Counted from the stretch's first letter, positions 36,802 to 49,400 are shown. The stretch is 64,000 bases of DNA from Abditibacterium sp. (GCA_965246885.1 OZ251992.1:2144001-2208000); one strand, 5' to 3'. Made by a program: numbers and translations. The notes: generated by a model not told the origin, from the sequence alone.

Positions 36802-37908
36802 ATGAAATGGACTCTTCAAGCGGTGCGCCAAACCCCCCTTGGCATCGCCCGCGCGGGGCTGTTGGAGTTGCCGCATGGAACAATCGAAACCCCCGTGTTC
36901 ATGCCGGTCGGCACCTTGGCGAGCGTCAAGGCGATGTTGCCGCACGAATTGGAAGAACTCGGCGCGCAAATCATCCTCAATAACGCGTTCCACTTGCACT
37001 TGCGACCGGGCGCCGAGGTCGTGCGCGAGGCGGGAGGCTTGCACGCTTTTCAGGGCTGGTCGCGCCCGATCCTCACTGATTCCGGTGGTTTTCAGGTTTT
37101 CTCTCTTGCCAAAATCCGTAAAGTGACCGATGCAGGCGTGCACTTCCAAAGTCCGGTGGACGGCTCCAAGCACTTTTTCACGCCCGAATCGGTTATCGAA
37201 CTTGAAGAAGCGCTTGGCCCCGACATCGGCATGATCTTGGACGACGTCATCGCGCTTCCCGCGACCTACGACGATACCGCGCGCGCCATGCGGCGGTCTG
37301 TCGAGTGGGCGGCGCGCGCGGCGAAGCACCGGGCGCGCACGGATCAAAGTATTTTCGGCATCGTGCAAGGCGGCCTCTTTCCTGAACTGCGCCGCGAGTG
37401 TGCCGACGCGCTTATCAGCATTGGCTTTGACGGCTACGCCATTGGCGGCTTGGCGGTAGGCGAAACCCCTCAGGAGATGGACGAGATGGTCGAGCAAATC
37501 GCGCCAATGCTACCCACCGACGCCCCCCGTTACTTGATGGGTGTGGGCACGCCGCGCGATCTCGAAGCGGGAGTGCTGCGCGGTGTGGACATGTTCGATT
37601 GTGTGTTGCCCACACGCTTGGCGCGGCACAACGTCGGCATCGTTTCTTCGGAAGAGCCGGTCGGCATTGCGGGTGGAAGCGTGCAAGTCAACCTCATTAA
37701 AGCCGTCCACAAGCATGACTTCTCGCCTTTGGACGCGCGCTGCGAGTGCTTCGTGTGCCGGACGTGGACGCGGGCCTATTTGCATCACTTATGCAAGTGC
37801 GGCGAAATCGCCGGGGCGCGTTTGCTGACCTACCACAACCTTTACTTCTATCAATGCTGGATGCGACGGTTGCGCGCGTGGGTTATGTCGAGTGCAGATA
37901 ACACTTAA
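36802..37908 (+). CDS. tgt: tRNA-guanine(34) transglycosylase
   Basis: ETPVFMPVGT, ILTDSGGFQVFSL, FGIVQGG, PRYLMGVG, DMFDCVLPTR, CxCxxC zinc site. Start at 36793 or 36802. Confidence 0.96.
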   Translation: MKWTLQAVRQTPLGIARAGLLELPHGTIETPVFMPVGTLASVKAMLPHELEELGAQIILNNAFHLHLRPGAEVVREAGGLHAFQGWSRPILTDSGGFQVFSLAKIRKVTDAGVHFQSPVDGSKHFFTPESVIELEEALGPDIGMILDDVIALPATYDDTARAMRRSVEWAARAAKHRARTDQSIFGIVQGGLFPELRRECADALISIGFDGYAIGGLAVGETPQEMDEMVEQIAPMLPTDAPRYLMGVGTPRDLEAGVLRGVDMFDCVLPTRLARHNVGIVSSEEPVGIAGGSVQVNLIKAVHKHDFSPLDARCECFVCRTWTRAYLHHLCKCGEIAGARLLTYHNLYFYQCWMRRLRAWVMSSADNT

Positions 37909-37996
37909 AGCCTCATCTTGGGAAATTCCCACCTGAAATATCAAGAATTCTTAAACCAAAGGGTGTAAAATTACTTCTGTCCCTTTAGGTATTATC

Positions 37997-40900
37997 GTGT
38001 CTTCTTCGAGTCCTGTCTTTTTTGACCCTTCCGGCGCGCGCGCGCGGCGCTTGCGGCTGTGGGGCGCCGTCGCGGGCGTTTTGGTCGCGGTGTTGACGGT
38101 TGTTTTTGCTCTGACCGTGATGCACACGCCCGCTCCGGCGCGCGCGCGCACGTGGAGCAAGCTGGTGCGCTTGGTAGACAACAAGCCGGAGCGGTGGAAT
38201 GTGAATTACTATTTCGCGTCCTCGCCTTCCCATGCCAATGTGCACGGCGCCCCCGATGAAATGGGCGTGACCCGTTGGGGAGTGTGGGAGCAAATCGCCA
38301 CGCCGCCAACGGGGGAAATGCGCTTCACGGCGCGCGGTGGGCGCACCGGCGGCCAGTGGGAGCCGGTGCCAACTGCCGCCCCCTCTGTTGTCAACGGGCG
38401 CGTGGTAGCGGCCTTCTATGATCCGTCGCAGGCGACTGGACTCGCGTCGTTTCGTGTGGCTGCGCCACACCTGACGCACGTTTTACCCGCTTGGATCCAT
38501 CTCGCGGACGACGGCGCCGGATTGGATTTGACGGACTTTAACTTCGATGACAACCCCAACAACCGCGCGCTGATTTCGCTCGCGGAGCAGAAGAACGTCG
38601 CGGTCGTTCCAGTGTTTTCCAACGCGCACGGCGGCGATTTCGACCCGCAACGCGCGCACCTCTTGCTGTCTTCGCCCGACAAGCAACGGGTGCTCGTGTC
38701 ACGCTTGGTCGCGTGGGTGCAGGAACACCACTTCGCGGGGTTAAACCTCGACTTGGAAAACTTAACCGATGCGGACGCGGCGCTGTATCCCCGCTTCGCG
38801 GCCTTCGCCGCGCACGAACTAAAGGCGCGCGGTTTGGAGTGCTCGATTGATATCGCCGGAGATGACGCGCCCGACACAGAAGATGTCGCGCGCGTTCATG
38901 CCCTGACCGCGCCGTGCGACTTCGCGGTGTTAATGGCCTACGACCAGCACGAAGCGAGCGGGCCGGAAGGCCCCATCGCGGCTTTCGATTGGACGACGTG
39001 TGTGGTGCGGGAGGCGCTCCGCAGTGTGCCCGCCACGAAACTGGTGCTGGGCGTGGGCAACTACGGCTACGATTGGAACTTGGAAGACAAAACGAAGAAC
39101 GCGGCGCTGTCGTATCAAAGCGCCATCGCCCTCGCACGCGCAACAGCAGGCAAGACGGCCAACGTCCAGAACATTGAGTTCGACCCGCAAACACTCAACG
39201 CCACGTTCAACTACGCCGATACGACGGGCAACCAGCACGAGGTGTGGATGCTCGACGCGGCTTCGGCGTACAACGACTGGAAGCTGATGAACCGCGCCCA
39301 TTTGCGCGGCGGCGCGCTGTGGTCGTTGGGGCAGGATGACCCGTCGGTGTGGGATTTTTGGCGCAAAACCGCCGTTCCCGACGCCCGCGCGCACGCTGAT
39401 ATGATGCGTGTGCACTTCCCCTTCGAGGTGGCCTATACCGGGCGCGGCGATATACTCACGGTTGCTTCGCAACCGCGCGAGGGCGCTCGCGCGTTCGATT
39501 TCGACTACGCGACGGGGCTGATCACCGACGAGAATTACCGCCGCTTTCCAGCCTCGACGGTGATTGCCCAAAGCGGTTACTCGCGCCGCGACATCGCACT
39601 CACCTTTGACGACGGCCCCGACCCCGCGTGGACGCCCGCCGTGCTGGATGCCCTGCGCAAATACCGCGTGCCCGCCACCTTTTTCGTGGTTGGCGCTCAG
39701 GCCGAGCGCAATCGTGGCCTCGTGCGGCGCACTTGGGACGAGGGCCACGAAATTGGCAACCACTCGTTCAACCACCCCGACCTCAGCGACGTGTCTGATG
39801 CGCGCGCGGACTTCGAGATCAACGCCACGCAGCGCGCCATCGAAGCCATTACCGGCCACGCCACCACGCTTTTTCGTGCGCCGTACGACTCCGACATGGA
39901 GCCGCAAACCGCCGACGAAGCGGCCACCTTGGAGCGCGCCAGCGCCTTGGGCTACAAGTCCATCGGCAACGCCGTTGACCCGCAAGACTGGAACCCTACC
40001 ATCGCCAACGACGCCGGAGTTTCGCGCGCCCGCACCGCGAGCGACATTGCCGAGGAGATTTTAAGCGAGGCGCGCGCCGGTAAGGGGAACATCGTGCTCC
40101 TTCATGATGCGGGCGGCGACCGCTCCAATACCGTCGCGGCATTGGGTATGGTCATTCCGCAGTTGCAGCGCGAGGGCTTCCGCTTTGTGACCGTTTCGCA
40201 CCTCATGGGGCAACCGCGCGCCGTCGCCATGCCCCCAGTCACAGGGCATGAAGCGGTTGTCGTCGCGTTTGACCGCGCCATTTTCACGACGGTCTTCTCC
40301 TTTCAGTGGCTGATGGGCGCGGCGTTCGTCGCGGCCATTGGACTGGGGTTGGCGCGCATGGCGGTTATTGTCCCGCTTGCCCTCGTCGCGCGCCGCCGCG
40401 AACTGGCAAAGACCTTCGACCCCGCTTTCACGCCGCTTGTTTCAGTTGTAGTGGCGGCTTACAACGAGGCCAATGTCATTGAGCGCTCGCTCCGCTCCAT
40501 TTTGGCGTCCGATTACGCGCACATGGAAGTCGTCGTCGTGGATGACGGCTCGAAGGACGGCACGTCCGAGGCGGTTCTGGCCGCTTTTGGCGACGACGCG
40601 CGCGTGCGCTTGCTGCGCCAAGCCAACGGCGGCAAAGCCAGCGCGCTCAACCACGCCCTGACGGAAGCGCGCGGCGACATTTACGTCGGCTTCGACGCCG
40701 ACACCCAAGTGGCGACGGACGCCGTGTCGCTCCTTGTGCGCCATTTTAGCGACCCCGCTATTGGCGCTGTCGCGGGCAACGTGGTCGTGGGAAATCGCAA
40801 CAACCTGTGGACGCGGTGGCAGGCCGTCGAGTACATCGCCAGCCAGAACCTCGACCGACGCGCGCAGGCGTTGTTGGATGCCGTCGTCGTCGTGCCCGGA

Positions 40901-41554
40901 GCTATTGGCGCGTGGCGCCGCGACGCCGTGTTGGGCGTGGGCGGATACGCGAGCGACACTTTGGGCGACGACATGGACTTGACGTGGCGCTTGCACGGCG
41001 CGGGCTGGAGAATCGCCAACGAGTCGAGCGCCAAAGCGTGGACGGAAGCGCCCGACTCCATCCGTCCTTTGTGGAAGCAGCGCTTCCGGTGGGGCTACGG
41101 CACCTTGCAATGCCTCGCCAAGCACCGCCGCTTGATGGGGCGCACGGGCTGGTTCGGGCGCGTCGCCCTGCCGATGACGTGGGTTTTCCAATTCGCCTTG
41201 CAGTGGATCGCGCCGATGGTGGATGTCATGCTCCTTGGCTCCGCCATCAACGCGGTTTTAGGCCAAATCGCGCATGGGACGGACGCGGCGACACTCCTTT
41301 CTTTCTATCGCATCGCCGCGATCACCTTCGCTTTTTTCGCCATCGAAATGGGCAGCGCGTGGGTCGCCATCCGCATGGAAGATGAGGACATGAAGCTCCT
41401 CCCGCAACTGGTGCTTCAGCGCTTTGTATATCGGCAGATGCTTTATTTGGTCGTTCTCAAATCCACTTGGACGGCACTGTCGGGTTTCCGTGAAGGCTGG
41501 AACAAATTAGCGCGCAAGGGCACGGTCGTGGTCGGCGAAGCCAAAGCCGCGTAG
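37997..41554 (+). CDS. Trifunctional GH18-like hydrolase + NodB/CE4 polysaccharide deacetylase + GT2 synthase
   Basis: GLNLDLE and MAYDQH (GH18); LTFDDGPD, HSFNH, LLHDAGG (CE4); DDGS, DAD, QRFRW (processive GT2) with C-terminal TMs. Confidence 0.92.
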   Translation: MSSSSPVFFDPSGARARRLRLWGAVAGVLVAVLTVVFALTVMHTPAPARARTWSKLVRLVDNKPERWNVNYYFASSPSHANVHGAPDEMGVTRWGVWEQIATPPTGEMRFTARGGRTGGQWEPVPTAAPSVVNGRVVAAFYDPSQATGLASFRVAAPHLTHVLPAWIHLADDGAGLDLTDFNFDDNPNNRALISLAEQKNVAVVPVFSNAHGGDFDPQRAHLLLSSPDKQRVLVSRLVAWVQEHHFAGLNLDLENLTDADAALYPRFAAFAAHELKARGLECSIDIAGDDAPDTEDVARVHALTAPCDFAVLMAYDQHEASGPEGPIAAFDWTTCVVREALRSVPATKLVLGVGNYGYDWNLEDKTKNAALSYQSAIALARATAGKTANVQNIEFDPQTLNATFNYADTTGNQHEVWMLDAASAYNDWKLMNRAHLRGGALWSLGQDDPSVWDFWRKTAVPDARAHADMMRVHFPFEVAYTGRGDILTVASQPREGARAFDFDYATGLITDENYRRFPASTVIAQSGYSRRDIALTFDDGPDPAWTPAVLDALRKYRVPATFFVVGAQAERNRGLVRRTWDEGHEIGNHSFNHPDLSDVSDARADFEINATQRAIEAITGHATTLFRAPYDSDMEPQTADEAATLERASALGYKSIGNAVDPQDWNPTIANDAGVSRARTASDIAEEILSEARAGKGNIVLLHDAGGDRSNTVAALGMVIPQLQREGFRFVTVSHLMGQPRAVAMPPVTGHEAVVVAFDRAIFTTVFSFQWLMGAAFVAAIGLGLARMAVIVPLALVARRRELAKTFDPAFTPLVSVVVAAYNEANVIERSLRSILASDYAHMEVVVVDDGSKDGTSEAVLAAFGDDARVRLLRQANGGKASALNHALTEARGDIYVGFDADTQVATDAVSLLVRHFSDPAIGAVAGNVVVGNRNNLWTRWQAVEYIASQNLDRRAQALLDAVVVVPGAIGAWRRDAVLGVGGYASDTLGDDMDLTWRLHGAGWRIANESSAKAWTEAPDSIRPLWKQRFRWGYGTLQCLAKHRRLMGRTGWFGRVALPMTWVFQFALQWIAPMVDVMLLGSAINAVLGQIAHGTDAATLLSFYRIAAITFAFFAIEMGSAWVAIRMEDEDMKLLPQLVLQRFVYRQMLYLVVLKSTWTALSGFREGWNKLARKGTVVVGEAKAA

Positions 41555-43398
41555 TAATGCCGTGCCGCAGCGCGGTTGCCATACAAGGAGTAGCGCGTGT
41601 TTCCGCCCAACCGTTGGAGCGGCACTCGCGCCGTTGCCCAACTGGGGGCTTCAAATCCCTTGCCGCGCGCGATGACAAAGAGCGGCGTGCTTTCTTTCCC
41701 CCAACGCGCCAGTTGCGATCTATCCGTGCAAAAGAATGTCGCGTGCTCTGAGGGGGGCATGCGCTCGTAACCGGGTAACAATTCGCGTGGCAAAGCGAGC
41801 CGGGTTGAGGCCCCATCGCCCCCAGCCAAAATTACGCGGCGCGAGGTGTAGAATGACACGCTTTGTGCGAAGCCGACGGAAACGAGGCGCGTGTCGGGCG
41901 TGAGCGACTGCCGCACTGGAAGCAGCAGGTTGCGCAGCGTGATGGCCGATTCGACCGACCCCCAAAAAAATAGCGCCACCATAAGCAGGGGAGCGAACCC
42001 GCCCGCCGTCACTATAAACAGTGCGCGCCCTTGGCCGCGCTTGGCGCACGATGCGAGGCAAAATGCCCATCCCATCGCGAGGGCCGCCGCCACGAATAAC
42101 CAAGGCGCTCCCGACACTCCGAGCGCCTTGCCGATGGGCACCCGCGCCACGAGCAAACCAATTCCCGTCGCTAAAGCCAGCACCGCCATGACAAATCCCT
42201 CGACCTTCAACGCGCCACGCGCCCACATCCGGTCGAACCACGCTCCTAATAAGGCGCAACCAAGCGGCACCATTGGCAAGATGTAAGTGACGATCTTCGA
42301 CTTGGAAAGAGAAAAGAACGCGAGTGTGAACAGCGCGCCGAAGGTCAGAAACGCGACGGCGCGCGCCCGCTCGTCGGCTTCTACACTGCGTGCGCGGCGC
42401 AAGATGGCGGTTAGCTCTGTAAGTGCGCGCGGTGCATAGACCGACCAAGGGAAGAAGACGAGCGGCAGGAGGGGCAGAAAGTAATACGGCGGCTCCCAAT
42501 GATCGGGCACGCCCGCGCCGCCGGTAAAGCGTTGAAAGTTCTGCTTCCACCAGAACAAGTGGTTGAACTCCGGGTTGCGCGCTTGCACCGCGATAAACCA
42601 AGGCGCCGCCACCCCAAAGAAGAGGGACACGCCCCACGCCCATCCCATGCGCCAACCTCCGAGCGGGCGGCACCAGAGCAAGTAGGAAACGATCGCTCCA
42701 AAGCACAAGACGACCGCCACTGGCCCCTTCGCCAACACGCCTGCTCCCAAGATCGCCCAAAACAGCGCGAGCCAAACCGTCCGGCGCCCTGCGTGCGCCC
42801 CTTCTGTGTGCGCCAACCACCACGCACACAAAGCCACCGTTGTTGTCGCCGCGAGGGGGGTGTCGGTGATGACGAAGCGCGACATGACGGGCCATATCAG
42901 CGTTGTGAGCAGTGCCGCCGCGCCCAACCAACCCGCGCGCGCGCCAAACGCCCGCCGCCCTAAGGCATAAGTCGCCGCGACGCCTATAGCTCCAAAAACA
43001 ACCATCGCCAAGCGCGCCGCGAATTCTGACACGCCCAGCGCACCGTAGCTGGCCATGATGCTCCAGTAAGTCAAAGCGGGCTTATCAAAGAACTTCACGC
43101 CGTTGATGGTCGGCGTTATCCAATCGCCGCGCGCCAGCATCTCGCGTGGGATGCCCGCGTAGCGCCCCTCGTCGGGGTCTATCAGCCCGTAACTACCCAG
43201 ACCGAACAAAAGGGTGAGCACGCCCAGTAGAACGAGCACCAGCAACGACACGGGCCGCTCGAAGAAAGAAGCGACGCGCGTGGGAGAAGAGGTTTCGGGG
43301 GTAGGGGTGTCGGAAAGGAACGGCGAAAGTGCGATGGAGAATCCTTGAAAGGGGCGGGGAGATGTTAAGCTCCTCTTAAGGATAAAGCGATGGTTCAC
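41443..43398 (-). CDS. ArnT/PMT family (GT-C) glycosyltransferase
   Basis: DPDEGRY, FFDKP, LAKGP, SKSKIVTYILP and many TM segments. True start uncertain, probably somewhat downstream of 43398. Confidence 0.88.
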   Translation of the reverse strand: MNHRFILKRSLTSPRPFQGFSIALSPFLSDTPTPETSSPTRVASFFERPVSLLVLVLLGVLTLLFGLGSYGLIDPDEGRYAGIPREMLARGDWITPTINGVKFFDKPALTYWSIMASYGALGVSEFAARLAMVVFGAIGVAATYALGRRAFGARAGWLGAAALLTTLIWPVMSRFVITDTPLAATTTVALCAWWLAHTEGAHAGRRTVWLALFWAILGAGVLAKGPVAVVLCFGAIVSYLLWCRPLGGWRMGWAWGVSLFFGVAAPWFIAVQARNPEFNHLFWWKQNFQRFTGGAGVPDHWEPPYYFLPLLPLVFFPWSVYAPRALTELTAILRRARSVEADERARAVAFLTFGALFTLAFFSLSKSKIVTYILPMVPLGCALLGAWFDRMWARGALKVEGFVMAVLALATGIGLLVARVPIGKALGVSGAPWLFVAAALAMGWAFCLASCAKRGQGRALFIVTAGGFAPLLMVALFFWGSVESAITLRNLLLPVRQSLTPDTRLVSVGFAQSVSFYTSRRVILAGGDGASTRLALPRELLPGYERMPPSEHATFFCTDRSQLARWGKESTPLFVIARGKGFEAPSWATARVPLQRLGGNTRYSLYGNRAAARHYYAALASPTTTVPLRANLFQPSRKPDSAVQVDLRTTK

Positions 43399-43470
43399 AT
43401 GGCGCGCAGTCGCATGGAGCAGCAGAGCGCGCCTCCCCTCCCTCTACGACCGCGTGCCACTGATGCGAAG

Positions 43471-46400
43471 CTACATCACCGCCCCATTGACGATGTGCGG
43501 GGTGAAAGTGGGCTTGTCGGCGCGTTTGAGGCGGAACTCCAAGCGCACTTGCACTCGCCCGCCGACGCCCAACGCTCCGCCCGCAAGCGGCACGCTCACA
43601 AGCGGCACCCCGTTGGTGTCGGTTCCCGCCGCGCCCACGACGGTCACGCTCGACGGCAAGCCATCCAAGGCCAACAGAAGCGGCGCGTTCGCGCTCGCCG
43701 AGCCGGTGTTGGTGATGGTCACATATTGAATGAGGTGCGCGCCGGGGTGATACAGCGAGGGCGAATACGGCCCGACGTTGATGAGCTTGCCCACTCCAAA
43801 GGTGTAAGCGGGAACGCCGTTGGCAATGGGCACGGTCACTTGGGCGGCAACCGGTATCGTGCCCGTCGCGCCTGCGATGGCGTTGCTTTGCAAGGTGCCG
43901 ACGGTGGCCGGGGCCGTCAAGCGCACGATCACGGTTTGGCTGGCGTTCGGTGCCAACGTGCCCAGAGAGAAGCCAATCATACCTTCGGCGTTCGAGGTCG
44001 GAGCGGGAGTACTCGATAGGAGGGTGGCTCCGGCGGGCAGGGTGTAGATCAGACTCGCATCGGTCGCGGGAGCAGAACCTGTGTTCTTGACGACAAGCGT
44101 AAAGTCCACTTCGCCGCCCGTTGACACCGTGTTCACCGACGCCCTTTGGGTGAGGGCAAGAGCAGGCGCGGACACGCCATTGACCACTTGGCTGACGGTG
44201 TTGGAAGTGCTGCCGTTGTAGTTCGCGTCGCCGCCATAGGTCGCCGTCAGCGGGTGCGTGCCTGCCGCCAACGCGGAAGTCGAAAGCGTCGCCACGCCGC
44301 CCGACAGCGTGCCGGTGCCGATGGGCGTTTGCCCGTCGTAGAAGGTGACGGTGCCCGAAGGCGCGGCCTGCAAGGGGCGCGGCTTGGCCGGGCGACCCTG
44401 CATGATGGGCGTCCTGCGCCCCAAGTTCGTGCCCGGCGTCGTGGGAGTAGTCGGCGCGGTCAGGGAGACCGTCGCCGTCAGCGTCACGCTTTGCCCCACG
44501 TTCGAGGGGTTGGGAGCGGAAGAGAGCGTCGTCGTCGTGTTCGCTTTGCTCGGCGAGGGCGTGGCTGTTGGCACTGCCGTTGCGGTGGGCGCGGGCGTCG
44601 CGGTGGGAGTGGCCGTTGGAATTGCCGTCGCGGTGGGTTGTGGGGTTGGAGTGGGCGCGACGCCCCCAACCGTGAAAGCTTTGGAGAATTCGCTGGTGTC
44701 GCCGTTGATGGCCAACTCCGCTGCGCCTGGCTGGGCTGTCGCGGAAACATACGTTGCCGTCGCAGTGATGGCGCGGCCCGCGATGGAAACGGGCGACGTG
44801 AAATTCCACGAAACGTTGCCACTGGCGTCGGTGGGCACCGATGTGAAGCCGAGGAATTGCTCGCCTTCGCCATAACCCGACGGGTCGGCGGCGGCGTTGG
44901 AGAACAGTTCGATGCGGTAGCTTTCGCCTGCCCCGGTCGGCGCCGCGTTGAGGGTGCCAGAGATGACGCTACCGCTCACACCGGTGATGACGGGGAAGTT
45001 CTGCAAGTCGTTCGGGCCGGAGTCAGTGTCGCCGGGGTCGTTGAGCGTGACGCCGTCGTCGTTCAGGTCAATGCCTAAGCCGCCGTTCGAGAAGATGGAG
45101 TTGCCCGAAATGCGGTTACCTTTGGGAACAGCGTAAGCGGCGTCGGTGACGGCGACGGTGATGCCCGCTTTGCCATTGAACGCGATGGTGTTGCCGCCAC
45201 CCGTAGCGCCGGACGCGAGTCCGATAATCGTATTCTGTGTTCCCTTGTGGATGCGGATGCCCTCTTTGCCGTTGCCCAAGTTGAGCGTGCCGCCAAGGTC
45301 GGTGCCGATGAAGTTGCCCTGAATGACGTTGCCGCCCGCTCCGGCGACGCGCGAGGCCAAGATGCCCTCTTCGCCGTTGCCGGAAATGACGTTACCTTCT
45401 CCCGCGTTCACGCCGCCGATGACGTTGGAGGGCGCGTTCAAGAAAATGCCCTGACTGGAGTTGCCGATGGCTTTGGTGCCGGAGATGTCGGTGCCGAGGA
45501 AGTTGCCAAGCACCTTGTTGCCCGTCGCCAAGTCGTCGTCTATGCTCATGGCCTCGTCGCCGTTGCCCGAAATGACGTTGCGCGCTTGGCTATTGGCGCC
45601 GCCAACGGTGCAGTTCGTGCCGCGAATGTCGAGGCCCTCACTCCCGTTGCCAAGGGCTTTAGTGCCGGTCGCGTCAAGGCCGATGATGTTGCCTTGCGCG
45701 AGGTTGGCGTTGCCGCCGATGATCGTGAAGGTCTTGAAATCCGCGCTATATTTGCGGTATGGCCCTTGGGCGAAGCGCAAGCCGACATCGCCCGCTCCGA
45801 CGATGAGGTTGCCCACGTTTTGGCCGGGCGTGGCGGTGGGGCCACCGACGGTGTTGTTGGAGCCTTCGATCCGCACGTCGTCACTGCCTTGCCGACCGGC
45901 TTGGTTGCCGTTGCCGATGCTCTTGGTGCCGCTCGCGTCCGACCCGATGTAGTTGCCCAAGATACTGTTTTGCGTGGCGTCCGTGAAGGTTTCGGGGGTC
46001 GTGCGGAAGTTGTCGCTGACGGTGATTCTGACCGCGTTGCCATAGTTGCCCGACAGGAGGTTGCGCTGTGCGGGCAAGGCGCCGCCGATGCGGTTGTTCG
46101 AGATGCCCACGATTTTGACGCCGTCGTTGTGGTTAGGAAGCGCGGTGGCTCCGGTGGCGTCGGTGCCGATGAAGCAGCCCTCGACGGCATCGCCGCCGAG
46201 GGTGTCGAACAAAATGGCGGAGCCGCCGCCGAATTGGAAAGAGGCGCCGACGCGGTTCAGAATCAAACCGCGCACGGTCGAGGAGCCAGCGGTGACGTGG
46301 AGCAAGTCGCCCGGCGTGTTGGTGCCGTCTATTTCGACTTTCAAAACAGCGTTGTCCCCGACTGCGAGCGTGTTGGCGCTCGCGGCGGGTTGCGTGAGGC

Positions 46401-49400
46401 CGTCGAGGGTGACGGCGTTGGTGAGGGTGGGAAGCGCGGTGATGGGCTTGATGGTTTGCACGCCCGCGCCGGGGATGTTGAAGGAGATGGTTTGCGCTCC
46501 GGTTTTGGAGTTGGAGCACTCCATCGCGCGGCGCAGGCTTCCTGCGCCGGTGTCGAGGGTGTTGGTCACGACCGTCGAGCACGCATCGGGCAGGGCGTCG
46601 CGCGCGAACTCGCTCGTGTTGCCGCCCGCGTCGGTTGCGGTCGCGCTAACGGGGCCGGAGTTGTCGCCCGTTGTGGGGAAGGTGCCGGTGAAAGTGCCGT
46701 TGCCCGCCGCGTCGGTGGTGACGCTCGCGGTGCCGAGGAAGCGCTGACCCTCGCCGTAGCCCGAAGCGTTGCCGCCGTCGCTTTGAAACAGTTCGACCGT
46801 GTAGGTGGCGTTTGGCTTGGAGTTCAGGGTGCCGCCGATGGTGACGCTGCTGGCCGCCGTCGAGAAACTCGTAATGACGGGGAAGTTTTGCAGCCCGTTC
46901 GCGCCCGTATCGGCGTCGCCCGCGTCGTTGGGCGTCACGCCGTCGCCGCCCAAATCTATGCCCAGACTCTTGTTGCTGTAGATGGAGTTGCGCGAAATGG
47001 TGAATCCCGATGAAGTATCTGAAGCGAACCCAATGGTAATACCCGCGAGGCCGTTGAAGGCGATGATGTTGCCCGTGCTGGGGCCGCCAATAAGCGGCGT
47101 GCCGGATGAAGAGAATACGTTGACGCCCGCAGCGCCATTGCCAAGGGCCGTCGTGCTGTCGGCGCCCACGCCGATGAAGTTGTCGGCGAGGGTTGTGCTA
47201 TCGCCCTGATTGGTGATGCCTGCTCCGCTATTGCCGGAGATGACGTTGGTCGCGGCGGTCACAGCGGTCAGGGCACGCGTGATTTTGACCGCACCCATTG
47301 TCCGCACGGGCTGGGTGCCAATCACGTTGCCGCTTGGCGTGGTGGGACTGGAAAAACTCTTGGCGACCAAAATTCCGGTTTGGTTGGGCAAAGCCTTTAA
47401 ACCCGTCGCGTCCGTCCCAATGAGGTCGCCCTGCACGAGGCCGTTGGTGGATTGCAACTGCACGCCCGCGCCGCCGTTGCCGGAGATGAGGTTGCGCGCG
47501 GCGGGAGAGGTGCCGCCAATCAGCGTGGCATCCGCGTTCACTTGCACGCCGCCGCCGCTTTTATTGGGTATGGAGAGCGTGCCAGTCGGGTCAGTGCCGA
47601 TGAAGCAGCTTTCGAGCTTGTCCCCGCCCTTGATGTCGAATGCCACTCCGTAGCTTTGGGTGAAAGAGTTCGCCGCTCCGGTGCCAAAACCGTTGACAAC
47701 GAAGCCGCGCACGATGCTATTGCCACCAACGAAGCGCAATCCATAGAACGCCGAATTGCTGGAACCGGCGGCGGCGAGGGCCTTGGAGCCGTCGAGTTGA
47801 ATCAAGAGCGTGGCGTTGGTGCCGCTTGCGAGGGTATTGGCGCTCGCGCCCGGTTGGGTGAGGGCGTCAACGGTGACGGGCACCGCGACGTCGGGCAACT
47901 GCGTGGCGGGCACGATGGTTTGCACGCCCGCGCCGGGGATATTGAATTTGATGCTGGCGCCGCCGCCGCCGTTGGCTTCTTGAATGGCGGCGCGCAGGGT
48001 GCACTCGGCGGCGCCGCCCGCGATGGTGGCGCCGGTGTTGCAGTTGCCGTCACCGGGGGTGGTGTCGGGCGCATCGCCAACGGAGTTAACGACCGAAACC
48101 CGCGCCGTTGGCGGTATGAACACGGCGGAGAACTCCGACGTGTCGCCGCTTGCGCTCGTGGCGGTGGCGGAAATCACTTTGCCGTTGGAAAAGGGGCTGG
48201 GCAAGGTGATGGAGACTGTGCCGGTGTTGCCCTGCGCGTTGGTCGTCACGTTTTGCGCGCCCAGAAAGGTCTGCCCTTGGCCAAAGCCGGAGGGGTCGGC
48301 GGCGTCCGAAGCGAAGACTTCGATGCGATAGGTAGCGCTGGGCTTCGAGGTGAAGTTGACGCCGACGGTGCTACCGCTTGCGTTCACGATGACGGGGTAG
48401 TTCTGGCGGTTGTTCGGGCCGCCGCCAGTCTGCGGACTTTGGTTGGGAGTCACGTTGAACGCGAGTTCGTCGCTTGTCGAAAGGTCAATGCCGAGGTTGC
48501 GATTGCCGTAAATCGAGTTGCCTTGCACCGCGTTGCCGGTGCCATTGAAAATCTTGACGCCCGCGCCGCGTCCATTCTGGCCGACCGTGCCGTTGAAAGC
48601 GATGATGTTGCCCGCGCCCGCCGCCACCCCGCCGATCTGATTGTTGCTGCCCTGACCGATCTCGATGCCGTTGAGGCCGTTGGGAAGAGCGGTCGTGCCA
48701 TCCGCCGCGACGCCGATTTTGTTGCCCCGAATCGTCAGGCTGTCGGCGGTGTTGAGAAGTAGGCCTTCGTTGTTATTACCCGAAATGACGTTGCCCTGCC
48801 CGGTACCCGCCCCGCCGATGGTGTTATTGGCGAGCGTGCCGGGGTCACCCTGCGGTGTCAAGGCGGCGATGCCGATGCCGTTGGGGATAGCTTTTTGGCC
48901 AGTGGCGTCGGTGCCGACGAAGTTGCCTTGAACCGTGTTGCCTGTTGCGCCCGAACCGAACAGCGTGATGCCGCGCGACGAGTTGGAAAACACGTTGCCG
49001 CTAATGGTTGTGTTCGAAGCGTTGATAATCCCAAGCGCGTTGCCAGCACTGGCGGTCGCGGGCAAAGCGGCACTTCCGCTCGCGTTGACGCCGACGAAGT
49101 TACCTTGAACAGTGGTGCCCGAAAGCGGCCCATTCAAATTGATGCCGCTGTTGGCCGCGACGATGACGTTGCGCGCCCCGGCACTCGCGCCGCCAATGGT
49201 GTTACTCGAAGCGCGCAACACGCCGATGCCAAATCCACCGCCCGGCGACAGCGCGCTTTGGCCGTCCGCCGAAACGCCGACGAGGTTGCCCTGAATCACG
49301 TTGTTTTGGGCGCCAGCTTCTTGCAGTTGGATCGCCGCGCGTCCCAGGCCGCCGATGACGTTGCCCTGTCCGGGTGTGGTGCCGCCGATAAGGTTGTTCG

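Noticed and set aside
44555..44665. Repetitive GC-rich tract inside the giant gene as a DNA repeat element
   Set aside because: It simply encodes the Pro/Thr/Ala linker (PTATA repeats) of the surface protein.
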